The position numbers and the translations under genes are program-made. Shown piece after piece: positions 40,429 through 51,285 of a DNA stretch of 64,000 bases (within the stretch, counting starts at the first letter, position 1; each line of letters starts with the position of its first letter). Origin of the DNA: an uncultured Spirochaetota bacterium (GTDB lineage Bacteria; Spirochaetota; Spirochaetia; SZUA-6; Fen-1364); the NCBI GenBank assembly GCA_963781885.1, contig CAWAHW010000001.1:64001-128000 (forward strand). The letters are read 5' to 3'. Under the pieces are notes generated by a model. That model made no database searches and was not told the origin of the DNA. It worked only from the letters and a program-made list of their open reading frames with translations.

Positions 40429-41886
40429 TCAGTTTGGACCCCCGGGCGTCAGCGCTGCATTCAGCTTGAAGTCCAGGTTGTTGTGTCCCGTATCCGTGGC
40501 ATTCGGCATCCTGCCGATCGATCCGGTGACGGTGTTGCTGTCCGCCGGCGCCCCGGCACTCCCTTCAGTGGCATCCAGCTCCGCGGCGTGCCCGACGATC
40601 AACGCGCGATGGAGCACACCCGCGTATGTCACGGTATCGATGACCCGGTCTGCGATCGTGTCGAACAACATGACGGCGTCATTCGGACCGTTCTGTATCC
40701 TGTTGGAGGATTCCCAGCCTGCCGGCGTGTACTTCATCGCGGATGCCGCAACGCTCACATTCGGACCGGCAACCACGAGGTACGTGCCCGCGGCAAGCAG
40801 TCCCAGATGCCCCAGGTCGATACGCGCATATTCCGCCCCGGGCGTCACCCCGCCATTGATCAGGACCAGCACGACCCCCGCGAGATCAACGTCCCCGGTG
40901 GCGCAAAGCTCGACGTATTCGGCGGAATCCGTCCCCACCTGGTCGACGTCCATTTCGTTGATGAGAAGCGGAACCCCCGCGCTGACCCGCACGGTGTAGG
41001 AAAGCTGGCTCCCGTCCTCCGCGGTGACCACGTATTCAAGGGGCGAGCGAAAGTCGTTTGCCGTCACGCCGCTTGACTGCTCCCGGCCCTGCACGGTCAC
41101 ATGCGCGCCGGTCGTGGCAAAGACGGCAACGAGCGATGACAGGTCCGTCCCCTCGGGAGGCCGGACCCTGATGACATGGTCATCCTGATCGATGAGCCCC
41201 GCGCAGGCGGGCGCGAGCAAAGCGAATGACGTGAGCGCCTTGTCGGAGCCGGGCGCAATGTCCACGGACACCGCGTAGGCGCAGGTGCTCCCATCCGCCG
41301 CGCAGACCACGTACGTCCGCGGATCCGTGAAATCATTCACCGTGACGCCGCTCTGCTGCTCCGTGTCGTCCACGGTCACGGCCACGCCGGTGGCGGCAAA
41401 TACTGCAACGAGGGACGTCACGTCCGTCCCATGCGGCATGGTGACGTGGACGGCATGCGCCTCCTGGTCCACCGTGCCCGCGGCGGCAGGCTGCTGGAAG
41501 CAGAATGAGGTCAGTGCCTTCTCCGCGCTCGGCGGCGCCTCCGCCCCCACGCTGACCGTGTAAAGAGTGAAGGAGCCGTCAGCCGCGCAGGCTTTGTATT
41601 CCACCGGCGAGGAGAAGTCATTCGCGGTCTGGCCGCTCACCTGGTTGACGCCGCCGACGGTCACCGTCCCCGTGGCCGTGAAGACGGCGACGAGCGCGGT
41701 GACATCCGTGCCCGCGGGGACGCCCACGGTGACGGTGCAGGCTCCCTGGTCGATGACGCCGCTGGCCGCAGGCGATGAAAACGAAAACGAGGAAAGAGTG
41801 GCCGCGGCGGATGGGGACGCAAGGGGCGTTGGCGGGACGCACGCCGCCAGGCACAGCACGAAAAGGAGAAGCGGCAGTGATTTCAT
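40429..41886 (-). CDS. Lipoprotein with three DUF5018-like Ig repeats and C-terminal lamin-tail domain
   Basis: Lipobox LAAC; 3x P.GTDVT.LVAVF..TG..VTV....Q.SG.T.NDF..P..Y.V.A.DGS; LLINE.D.DQ.G.D.AEYVEL...QNGP.DAV...TPG.PN. Confidence 0.82.
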   Translation of the reverse strand: MKSLPLLLFVLCLAACVPPTPLASPSAAATLSSFSFSSPAASGVIDQGACTVTVGVPAGTDVTALVAVFTATGTVTVGGVNQVSGQTANDFSSPVEYKACAADGSFTLYTVSVGAEAPPSAEKALTSFCFQQPAAAGTVDQEAHAVHVTMPHGTDVTSLVAVFAATGVAVTVDDTEQQSGVTVNDFTDPRTYVVCAADGSTCAYAVSVDIAPGSDKALTSFALLAPACAGLIDQDDHVIRVRPPEGTDLSSLVAVFATTGAHVTVQGREQSSGVTANDFRSPLEYVVTAEDGSQLSYTVRVSAGVPLLINEMDVDQVGTDSAEYVELCATGDVDLAGVVLVLINGGVTPGAEYARIDLGHLGLLAAGTYLVVAGPNVSVAASAMKYTPAGWESSNRIQNGPNDAVMLFDTIADRVIDTVTYAGVLHRALIVGHAAELDATEGSAGAPADSNTVTGSIGRMPNATDTGHNNLDFKLNAALTPGGPN

Positions 41887-42026
41887 GCGAGCCTCCGCCC
41901 ATCAGAACGGGCGTGCAGGGCACGCGAATTCAATTGCCGGCAGGCACGCGGGAAAACGGCCGGCCCCCGCCCGTCTTTGCATCGCGCGCGCTTGCATATA
42001 GGATGGACGCACGAGGCAGCAGGGGC

Positions 42027-42662
42027 ATGAAAACATTCGTCGTTCTTGCCGGCAACATCGGCGCGGGCAAATCCACGCTCGTGAAGATGATGTGCGACCA
42101 GCTGGACTGGGAGCCGTACTTCGAGCCTGTCGCCGAAAACCCCTATCTGCAGGATTTCTACGCCGACATGAAGCGATGGGCTTTCCATTCGCAGGTCTTC
42201 TTTCTCACGTGGCGCGCGCAGGCCCACCGCGCGCTCATGGACATCCCGCGCCCGGTCGTGCAGGACCGTTCGTTCTACGAGGATGCGCTGGTCTTCGCGC
42301 GCGCGCTCCACGTGCAGGGCGCCATCAGCCCGCGCGATTGGGACACGTACCGCGGCCTCTATCGGACGCTCACGACGCTCCTCGCTCCGCCGGACCTCGT
42401 GGTCTACCTGCGCGCGTCCGTGCCGACGCTGCGCGCGCGCATCGCGCTGCGGGGCAGGGCCTTTGAGGCGTCCATCACGGACGCCTACCTCGACGGGCTC
42501 AACACCCTGTACGAGGAGTGGATCGCCGGCTTCGATCTTGCCCCGGTGCTGATCGTGCCCGCCGACCGGGTGGATTTCGTGAAGGACGCGGCGCAGCTTG
42601 CGCGCGTCATCGAGACGGTCAGAGAAAGGCTGCGCGGCAGGCAGGGGGAGCTGTTCGAATGA
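42027..42662 (+). CDS. Deoxynucleoside kinase
   Basis: AGNIGAGKST, EPVAENPYL.DFY.DM.RWAF.SQ, QDRSFYED, PDLVVYL, RI..RGR.FE. Confidence 0.94.
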   Translation: MKTFVVLAGNIGAGKSTLVKMMCDQLDWEPYFEPVAENPYLQDFYADMKRWAFHSQVFFLTWRAQAHRALMDIPRPVVQDRSFYEDALVFARALHVQGAISPRDWDTYRGLYRTLTTLLAPPDLVVYLRASVPTLRARIALRGRAFEASITDAYLDGLNTLYEEWIAGFDLAPVLIVPADRVDFVKDAAQLARVIETVRERLRGRQGELFE

Positions 42663-43892
42663 ACCCTCACGACAGGGACATCCTGCGCGCGCTGGCGGCG
42701 GAAACGGCGGACATCGCCGCGCTGCCGGTGCAGGAGGAAAAGCGCCGTCTCTGGCGCCGGTTGAATGCGCGCGCCCCCGAGCGCCCCATGGTCATGATCG
42801 ACCAGGTCTGCTGGAACGAGATGGCAATCGATGACGAGCTCGCCCTCCTCTGCATCGATCCCGAATGCCGCCAGTATGAAGAGGGCCTCCGCCGCACCCT
42901 GTTCCAGTGGAGGCATTTTCCCGTCGACATGGTGATCGAGCCGTTCCTGCGCGTCCCCCGGGCGGTCCGCAACACCGGATTCGGCATCGAGGTCGACGAA
43001 GAGATCGCGGTGACGGACCCCCACAACGACGTGGTCGGCCGCCGTTTTCGCAACCAGCTCCAGGGCGACGCCGACATCGAGAGGATGCGGCTGCCGCGCA
43101 TCAGCCACGACGAGGTGGAGACGGAGCGCCGGCTCGCGGTCGCGCACGGGCTTTTCGACGGCGTGCTGGAAGTGCGGCCGTGGGGGCTGGATCCCTATCT
43201 CTCGCTGTGGGACCCGATCAGCATGTGGATGGGTGTCGAAGGCGCCCTGTACGCGCTGATGGATCGGCCCGATTTCATGCATCGCCTCGTGGGCCGTATG
43301 ACCGACGGGTACCTGTCCATGCTCGACCAGCTGGAGGAACAGGGGTTGCTCTGCCAGCCGCAGAGCCTCATCCACTGCACGGGAGCGTGGACGGACGAGC
43401 TGCCCGCGCCGGGCTACGACCCCGGCCAGGCCGCGCACGAAGGACGTCTGGATGTTCGGCCTCGCGCAGATGTTCTCCACGGTCTCCCCTGCCATGTTCA
43501 AGGAGTTCGAGGTCGATTACGCGAGCCGCATCTGCGCCCGGTTCGGCCTCGTCTACTATGGGTGCTGCGACCCCCTGGACGGCAAGATGGCGGAAGTGCG
43601 CATGATCCCGAATGTGCGCAAGATATCCATGAGCCCGTGGGCCGACCAGGCCAAGGGCGCGGAGCGCATCGGATGCGACTTCGTCTTTTCCCGCAAGCCG
43701 AATCCGGCGTTTCTTGCGGTGAGCACATTCGACGACGAGCGGGTGCGGGATGACTTGAAGGCGACCCGCGCCGTCTGCGCCCGCGAAGGCTGCCCGCTTG
43801 AGATCATCATGAAGGACATCAGCACCGTTGGCTATCGGCCTGAAAGGTTATTCCGCTGGGCAGATATCGCAATGGAAGTCGTCAGGGCTTGA
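42659..43892 (+). CDS. URO-D/methyltransferase-fold (TIM barrel) protein of unknown function (frameshift near 43430)
   Basis: WMGVE.ALY.L.D.P, AQMFSTVSP.MF.EF...Y, YYGCCDPLD, RKISMSPW, FSRKPNP, MKDIST. Confidence 0.75.
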
Positions 43893-45272
43893 GTGCCGCC
43901 CGCGCCGCCGCGGCTTCGGGCAGCGCTTCCCTTTTCGCCATCGATCCAAGAAGGGCGTTGAAGCCGCGTTGCGTCCACTTCTTCTCTTCGTCGGAAAGTC
44001 CTTCGCCAAAAGTGAAGCGCCGCGCGCCGACCTCGAACTGCAGGCAGGTCGTCCGTCTCCCGTTCACGCTGCCGGTTTCGGCAAGGGTCAGTTTGCCCAC
44101 CTCCGCGGCGGGCGCAAGCACGTTTTTGCCCCTGCGGAATCGTCGCGCGCAGGAAAAGCCCTGGACAGGATCGAAGCGGAGAAGCGTTCTGCCGAAAAAG
44201 CCGGCGAGGGACCTGCGCAGGAGCCAGGCGCCCGCGAGCCAGAACGGGATGGAAAAGAGGGACATCTGCCACGCGCCCAGGCGCGCGGTGAGAAATGTCC
44301 AGAAGGCAACGAAGGCGAGCCAGAAGATGGAAAAGCCACCCAGAATCGCGGCGGCACCCGCGGGACCGCTCTCGGGGATCACGAGCGTCACGACGTCACC
44401 GTTGCGGGTCGCCTTGATGCGCGAGAAGCGCGGCGGCGCAAAATCCACCGCGTCGTCCGACGCGGCGCGCGCGGGCGTCTCTCCCTGCAGGTAGCGGATG
44501 GCCGTTTCCACGGGAAGCGATCGCTTCGCCTCATCCGGCTCCAGCCAGGAATCGAGCACCGCGGCAAGCCCCGGGGAAAGCTCGATGGCAGGAGACATCG
44601 ATCTTCATGTCCTTCACCGGGCAGATCCTGCGGATCCTTGTGCGTGAGAAGGAAGAGAAAGGTCGCGGCGCAGGAGTACAGGTCGGAGCGAACGGTGGCC
44701 CTTCCGACGAACTGCTCCATCGGCATGTACCCCGGCGTGCCGACGACGGTCTGGCCTTCGCCGCGGGAGAGGCGCAGAGCGTCCTGGACGCCGCCGAAGT
44801 CCACCAGAAAGACGACGCCGTCCTCCCGCACGATGACGTTGCGCGGATTGATGTCGCGATGGATGATGGGAGGCCGCAGCGAATGGATGTACTGCACCGC
44901 CTCCAGGAGACGCACGGCGAGCGCGCGTATCTCCTCCTCGGTCCCGCGCCAGCCGGCATTCACCTTGTCGCGGAGGCTCACGCCGTCCACAAGCTCCTGC
45001 ACGAGCACGAGCTGCGTCTTTGGCCCTTCTCCGACGGAAAACGAATCGACATACGCGGGGATTCCGGCATGATGGAGGCTCTTCAGCACGGACGTTTCCC
45101 GCTGGAAAAGCTCGAAGCCCTTCCAATCTGGGAGCGCGCGGACGGAAAGAAGCTTCACGACCACCGCGCGTCCCGTCTTCCTGTCCTCCGCGCGCCAGGT
45201 GACCGCGAATGCACCCGCCCTGATCTGACTTTTCAGGACGTATCTTTTGCCGACGATGTCTCCCGGCTTCAC
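43882..45272 (-). CDS. Hanks-type Ser/Thr kinase with C-terminal TM hairpin (frameshift near 44610)
   Basis: GAFAVT, VVVK, LFQRE..VLKSL.H.GIP.Y, IIHRDINPRN, LVDFGGVQ, GTPGYMPMEQF, SDLYS; C-term FSIFWLAFVAFW...FSIPFW. Confidence 0.88.
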
Positions 45273-45353
45273 GGGAAAGGATTCTCCCCGTGCGCAGGCG
45301 TGCCGTCAAGGAAACACCGTGGCCGGCGCAAATGCCGCAAGCTCGCGGCTGGC

Positions 45354-47255
45354 CTAAATCTCCACGCCGCCGCGCTGCGTATCGTACAGCTTCCGGAAGT
45401 AGCCGTTCGCCGCGACAAGCTCCTCGGGGCTCCCGCGCTCGACGATCTTGCCCGCATCCACCACGAGCACCGTGTCGGCGTCGCGGATGGTCGACAGCCG
45501 GTGAGCGATGATGAAGCTCGTCCTGCCCTTCATGAGCTCGATCATGCCCTGCTGGATGCGAAGCTCCGTGCGCGCGTCCACGGAGCTCGTTGCCTCGTCG
45601 AGCACGAGCAGCGTGGGCGTGGCGAGCACGGCGCGCGCAATGGCGATGAGCTGCCGCTGACCGAGGCTGAGATTGGCACCTGACTCGACGAGCACCGTGT
45701 CGTAGCCCTGCGCGAGCCGCTCGATGGCGTGATCGGCCCCTGCCAGCCGCGCGGCGCGGCGTATCTCTTCCTCCGACGCATCCGGCCGGGCATAGCGGAT
45801 GTTCTCCCGCACGGTTCCCGCAAAGAGCCATCCATCCTGAAGCACGACCCCGAAGACCCGGCGCAGGCTGGCGCGGGTGTAGTCGCGGATGTCGACGCCG
45901 TCCACGAGGATGGAGCCCCCACTCAGCTCGTAGAATCGCGTGAGGAGGTTCACGATCGTGGTCTTGCCTGCGCCCGTGCGCCCGACGATGGCGGTGACGC
46001 TGCCCGCCGGGGCATCGAAGCTCACACCGCGCAGCACCGGCACATCGGCGCGGTAGCCGAAGCTCACGTCGCGGAACTCCACGACGCCCCGCGGCTGCAC
46101 GAGCTCGCGCGCGCCGGGCGCATCGGCAGGCTCCTCCTTCTCGTCCATGACCTCGAACACGCGTTCGGCGCCGGCAATGGCAGACATCAGGGTGTTATAG
46201 GTGTTTGCGATGTCGTTGAGCGGCCGCACGAACTGGCGGGAATACGAGATGAACGTGGCGATGAGACCGACGCTGATGAGGCCGCGGACGGCCATGTAGC
46301 CGCCGGCGACGGCGACGGTGGCAAAGCCGAGGTTGCCGATGACGTTCATCATCGGCATGAGGAAACCCGCCCAGATCTGTGCGCGGGTGCCGCAGCGGCG
46401 GAGCCGTTCGTTGATGAGCGCGAATCGTTCACGCGTCTGCGGCTCCCGTCCGAACGCCTTCACCGCCTGAATGCCCGAGACCGTCTCTTCGATATGGCCG
46501 TTGAGCGCGCCCAGCTCGTCCTGCTGCTCCTTGTAGAGCGCCCGGGTGTTCCGCGAGATCGCGCGGGTCAGGAGAAAGATCAGGGGAACGGGGAGGAGGC
46601 TCGCAAGGGCCATGAACGGGCTCAGGGCGATCATGATGACGAGCGTGCCGGAAACGACCACGACGCCCGACATGAGCTGCACGGCGGACTGGGACACGGT
46701 GACGCTCACCGCGTCGGCGTCGTTCGTGAGCCTGCTCATGATGTCGCCGTGGGGATGCATGTCGAAGTACCCCAGGGGGATGCGCTGCATTTTCGCGAAA
46801 AGCCCTTCGCGGATGTTGCGCACCATCCTCTGGGAGACCCCTGCCATGATCCACCCTTCGATGCTCTGAAGGATTGCGCCGCCGAGATAGGCGGCCAGGA
46901 GCGCAATGGCGGCGATGGCGAGGGCGGCGAGAGGCTCGCGCACGGTGCCGAATGCGGAGGTCACGAACGCCTTCGTGGCATCCAGCGCCGAAATGGCATC
47001 CACGCCGCGGCCGATGAGGTACGGTCCCGCCATGCCGAGCGCGGAATCCACCAGGATGAAGCCGAAGACCAGGCCGATGCGCCCGCGCTCGCCGCGGAAA
47101 TAGGCCCAGGTCCGACTCAGCGCGTGGCGGAGGTTTCGTGGCTTCACGGTGGGAGCGCGCATGCCGGGTCCGGGCCCGCGCCCGGGCATGCCCGGCACCG
47201 CGGCGAGAGAAGGCCCCTGCGGGCGGGGGGCGGCTCCATCCTGTCGATCAGACAT
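45354..47255 (-). CDS. ABC exporter ATP-binding/permease subunit
   Basis: TM domain; GRTGAGKT, LSLGQRQ, LDEATS, AHRLST. Confidence 0.95.
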   Translation of the reverse strand: MSDRQDGAAPRPQGPSLAAVPGMPGRGPGPGMRAPTVKPRNLRHALSRTWAYFRGERGRIGLVFGFILVDSALGMAGPYLIGRGVDAISALDATKAFVTSAFGTVREPLAALAIAAIALLAAYLGGAILQSIEGWIMAGVSQRMVRNIREGLFAKMQRIPLGYFDMHPHGDIMSRLTNDADAVSVTVSQSAVQLMSGVVVVSGTLVIMIALSPFMALASLLPVPLIFLLTRAISRNTRALYKEQQDELGALNGHIEETVSGIQAVKAFGREPQTRERFALINERLRRCGTRAQIWAGFLMPMMNVIGNLGFATVAVAGGYMAVRGLISVGLIATFISYSRQFVRPLNDIANTYNTLMSAIAGAERVFEVMDEKEEPADAPGARELVQPRGVVEFRDVSFGYRADVPVLRGVSFDAPAGSVTAIVGRTGAGKTTIVNLLTRFYELSGGSILVDGVDIRDYTRASLRRVFGVVLQDGWLFAGTVRENIRYARPDASEEEIRRAARLAGADHAIERLAQGYDTVLVESGANLSLGQRQLIAIARAVLATPTLLVLDEATSSVDARTELRIQQGMIELMKGRTSFIIAHRLSTIRDADTVLVVDAGKIVERGSPEELVAANGYFRKLYDTQRGGVEI

Positions 47256-49042
47256 CGACAGCCTCCTTGCCGAGCTGGGCCACGCAAATGTCGCGGTAGA
47301 CCTCGCAGTCCCGGAGAAGCTCGTGGTGCCGGCCGCTCCCGACGGCTTTGCCGTCGTCGAGCACGAGCACCCAATCGGCCGCTGCCGCCGCGGAGATGCG
47401 CTGCGTGATGAGGATGCAGGTGAATCCGGTTGTCGTATTGCGGATCTCTTTCAGGATCTCCGCCTCGGTGATCGAGTCGACGGAGCTGGTGCAGTCGTCG
47501 AGGATGAGCACCTCGGGCTGCCGTACCAGCGCGCGCGCGATGGCCAGCCTCTGCTTTTGCCCGCCGGAGAGGGAGAGCCCGCCCTGTCCGAGCATGGTCC
47601 CGTAGCCCTCGGGGAAACGCATTACAAAGGAATGAGCCTGGGCGCGCCGGCATGCCTCCTGCAGGTCCGCGTCGGTGGCGTCGGCCCTGCCCCACCGGAG
47701 GTTTTCCGCGATCGTGCCCGTGAAAAGGACCGTCTTCTGCGGCACCAGGGCGATGCGTTGACGCAGATCGGGGAGGTCGATCTCCCGCACGTCCATGCCC
47801 CCCACGCTGATGCTGCCGCTCGAAGGGTCATAAAACCGGGGCACGAGCGCGGCAAGCGTGCTCTTGCCCGAACCGGTGGAGCCGATGATGGCGGTGATTT
47901 TTCGCGGCTCGCACTCCAGGCTCACGTCCTCCAGGACGAGCCTGCCGAGGGCTCCGGGATAGGAGAAGGAAACACCCTTGAAGCTCACGGACGTGCCTGC
48001 CGCTCCCGCGCCAATGCGGGGCGCAGCCGGCGCGGCCGGATGCGGCCCACCGGGAACGGGCGCCAGATGGGATTCGCTGCCCGGGCTTTCGCAGCACCGC
48101 CCCGACCCTCTCCCACGATGCGCGCGCCCGCACGAAGGACGTGAAGATCATGGAGATCATGTTCAGGGAGAAGAGAATCTGGGTCATGTAGTTGATGAAG
48201 GCGATGATCTTGCCGACCTGGAGATTGCTGGCCGCCACCCGGATCCCGCCGATCCAGAGGACCGCGACGATGCCGACGTTGATGGTGAGCGTGATGGCCG
48301 GGCCGAACAGCGCCATGGCACGCAGGGCGAATGTCGATGCGCCGGTGAGCTCGGCGTTGGCACCGGCAAAACGCTTCACCTCGCGGTCCTCCTGTCCGAA
48401 GGCCTTCACGACGCGGATGCCGCCGAGATACTCCCGGGTCACCGAGTTCACGCCGTCCAGGCCTTCCTGCACCCTGCGGAATCGGGGGAAGCCGGTGGCG
48501 AGATTGATGATGATGAGCCCTGCCGCGACGGGCACGGCGACCACGAGCACGATGGAGAGCTTCGGCTCGAGGATGACCGCCATTGTGAGGCCCCCGACGG
48601 CCAGAATGGGCGCCTTGGCAAAGAAACGCATGACGCCGTTGACGAAGGTCTGGACCTGGGTCACGTCGTTGGTCTGCCGGGTGATCAGGGAAGCCGTATC
48701 GAAAGAGTCGAGCTCCTCGAAGGAGTAGGACGTGACGCGCTGGAAAAGGTCGGCACGGAGCCGGGCGCCGAACTTGTAGGAAACGATGCTCGCGATGATG
48801 TTCCTGCCTGCCGCGCCGAGGGCACCCGTTCCCGCCACGGCGAGCATCAGCAGGCCGAAGTGCAGGACCACGCCGATGTCCCGGGAAGCGACGCCGCTGT
48901 CGACGATGCGGGCCATGATCGTGGGCTGCAGGAGATCGCACACCGACTCCACCGACAGGCAGGCCAATGCCGCCAGGAAGGGCCAGAGATACGTTCGGAA
49001 GTAGGGAGCGGCGAGGCTCGCGGGGGACTTGCGTCTCTTCAA
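47248..49042 (-). CDS. ABC exporter ATP-binding/permease subunit, degenerate-site partner (frameshift at about 47990-48080)
   Basis: TM domain ORF 47828-49042 plus NBD ORF with GSTGSGKS, LSGGQKQR, LDDCTS, ITQR; heterodimeric TM287/288-like pair. Confidence 0.92.
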
Positions 49043-49178
49043 GTGTCTCTCAGGTGCTTACAGATATGATACTCGGGAACCAGGCGAGCGACAACAGACG
49101 CGGCCGCCGAGGCGTGACACGCGGGGGGCCAAGTCCGCACGCGGTGACGAGGCGCGGCCGGCAGGGTATGCTCCAGGG

Positions 49179-49919
49179 GTGGAGAACACCGTGAGCGCCC
49201 GGATTGTGAAGGCCTCCCGGATGCTTGCCCGGGAGGCAGGCGCGTTGCGCTTTGCCGCGCCCGTTCGTTTTGTGTACAACCCGCTGGACTACGCGGCCGC
49301 GCCGCACGAGGCCTACATTCGCCGGTACGCGGCGGGCCGCAAGCGCATCATCTTCATCGGCATGAACCCCGGCCCCTGGGGCATGGCGCAGACCGGCGTG
49401 CCCTTTGGTGACGTCCCTTTCGCACGGGATTGGCTGGGCATCCACGGTCGGGTCAACCAGCCGCCGCGTGTCCACGAAAAGCATCCGGTCCTGGGCTTTG
49501 CCTGCGCGCGGCGCGAGGTGAGCGGGACGCGCCTCTGGGGCCTCATGCAGGCGCAGTACGGCAGCGCCGATGATTTTGCCCGGGACGCCCTTGTGGCAAA
49601 TTACTGCCCGCTTCTTTTTCTGGACGCCGAAGGACGGAATCTCACGCCCGACAAGCTGCGCGCCTCCGACCGCGCACGGCTTGAAAAGCTCTGCAACCGT
49701 TTTCTCGCCGACCTGATCGAATGTCTCTCCCCCGCCTGGGTCGTCGGCATCGGCGCGTTCGCCGAACGCCGGTGCCGCGACGTGCTTGCCGCGCTGCCCT
49801 CCGCAGCGACCGCGGTGGGCTCCATCCCGCATCCCAGTCCGGCCAACCCGAAGGCCAATCGCGACTGGGCGGGCCTTGCCCGCCGGGCACTCGTCGCGCA
49901 GGGGATCTGGGAGCGCTGA
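49179..49919 (+). CDS. SMUG1-type (family 3) uracil-DNA glycosylase
   Basis: VYNPLDYA, GMNPGPWGMAQTGVPFG, EVSG.RLW, NYCPL, HPSPANP.AN. Confidence 0.93.
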   Translation: MENTVSARIVKASRMLAREAGALRFAAPVRFVYNPLDYAAAPHEAYIRRYAAGRKRIIFIGMNPGPWGMAQTGVPFGDVPFARDWLGIHGRVNQPPRVHEKHPVLGFACARREVSGTRLWGLMQAQYGSADDFARDALVANYCPLLFLDAEGRNLTPDKLRASDRARLEKLCNRFLADLIECLSPAWVVGIGAFAERRCRDVLAALPSAATAVGSIPHPSPANPKANRDWAGLARRALVAQGIWER

Positions 49920-50045
49920 GGGCTCGTCGGAAGCCCGAACGCCCGCGCCCATCCATCGCCCGAAAATCTTCGTAGACTAAATGTGAAGGCGATTCGCGCC
50001 TCCGACAACAATGCGGCGCGACAGCCGCGCAGGAGGGATCATTTC

Positions 50046-50474
50046 ATGAAATGGGGCCGCATATTCCTGGCATCCGGCATTCTTCTCGTGCTCCTGGCCG
50101 CCTGCTCGACCTTTGTGCCGACGGGCGATTTCATTGTCACGGTGACGACCAAGACCCCAAGCAACCCCTACTACAAACAAGGCGTGACGACGACCTATGA
50201 GATAAACGGCGTCGAGGCAAATGAGCTGACGCTGCATTATGGCACGACCTACACATTCGGCATCAACGCGCCCGGTCATCCCTTTTACCTCACCACGTCT
50301 GACATCGGCGGCCCCGGCTTTCCCGGAGAGCTTCCCGCCTCCGCGGGCGTGACCGGGCAGGAGACGGAAACCGGAGAAATGACCTACACGCCAGGCGTGG
50401 CGACGGCGTCTCCCATCTATTATCAATGCGGCGTTCATGACTATATGGGTTGGAAAATCGATCTTGTACCATAG
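50046..50474 (+). CDS. Small cupredoxin-like lipoprotein
   Basis: Lipobox LAAC; GHPFY and YYQCGVHDYMG (His/Cys/His/Met type-1 copper ligand pattern). Confidence 0.75.
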   Translation: MKWGRIFLASGILLVLLAACSTFVPTGDFIVTVTTKTPSNPYYKQGVTTTYEINGVEANELTLHYGTTYTFGINAPGHPFYLTTSDIGGPGFPGELPASAGVTGQETETGEMTYTPGVATASPIYYQCGVHDYMGWKIDLVP

Positions 50475-50495
50475 TCAATGCAAGGAGGGCCTCGC

Positions 50496-51245
50496 ATGCA
50501 CCGCAAAGCATTGCTCGTGACCGTTCTTCTCGCCGCCGCGGCAGCCCTGTGGGCCTACGAGCCCAGTCTGCCGAACATGACGGTGCCATCGACGCTTGGC
50601 CAGGGCGACCTCGACGTCCTGTTCACCCACCGATTCCTCGGCAGCGCTCTCGACAATCCCCTGCAGAGCCTCTTCGGCCTGTCGATCGGAGCGAACGTCG
50701 GGTTCGGCGCGCGCTACATGATCCTGCCGGGGCTGCAGGCGCGCGCGTACTACTACACCGACGGTGAAGAGGTGAGCGGCGGCATCGGCTATGGACGATG
50801 GTTCGCCCAGTCCACCATCGGCGTGCAGGCCGATGCGCTCCTTTTCTCACCGGTTGACGCGGACGGAAGGGGCTTCGGCGTCTTTACATCAGTCACGGCG
50901 CAGGCTGCGCTCTTTGCGTACAAGCTGCATTTCGACGTGGAGGCGGGCTACGACAGCTACCTGAATCACATCGGCGTGGGCATCGGGGCGCGTTACGACA
51001 TCCTGCCCAGCCTCACCGTGTTCGGCGAGCTGTATCCCTACCTCCCGCAGGGATGGGAGCTGCATACCGAGGATCTGGGAACGAACACGGGCTACGAGGT
51101 GGGCCTCATGATCACCACCTTTGGCCACCAGTTCAGCGTCCTGGGCGGCAACAACTGGGCGCTGGGCGAGCGCCGGCTCATGGCGGGAGCTCCCGCCATC
51201 AACGGCCTCTATCTGGGGTTCAACATCCAGAGGAAGTTCCCCTAG
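50496..51245 (+). CDS. DUF5777-like outer-membrane beta-barrel protein
   Basis: Signal peptide; HRF.G...LFGL..GAN, ITTFGHQF...N, LGFNIQRKF end. Confidence 0.7.
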   Translation: MHRKALLVTVLLAAAAALWAYEPSLPNMTVPSTLGQGDLDVLFTHRFLGSALDNPLQSLFGLSIGANVGFGARYMILPGLQARAYYYTDGEEVSGGIGYGRWFAQSTIGVQADALLFSPVDADGRGFGVFTSVTAQAALFAYKLHFDVEAGYDSYLNHIGVGIGARYDILPSLTVFGELYPYLPQGWELHTEDLGTNTGYEVGLMITTFGHQFSVLGGNNWALGERRLMAGAPAINGLYLGFNIQRKFP

Positions 51246-51285
51246 TGTCAGCGCCGGCCCGTCGACGTCTTTGCCGCGGCGTTCC

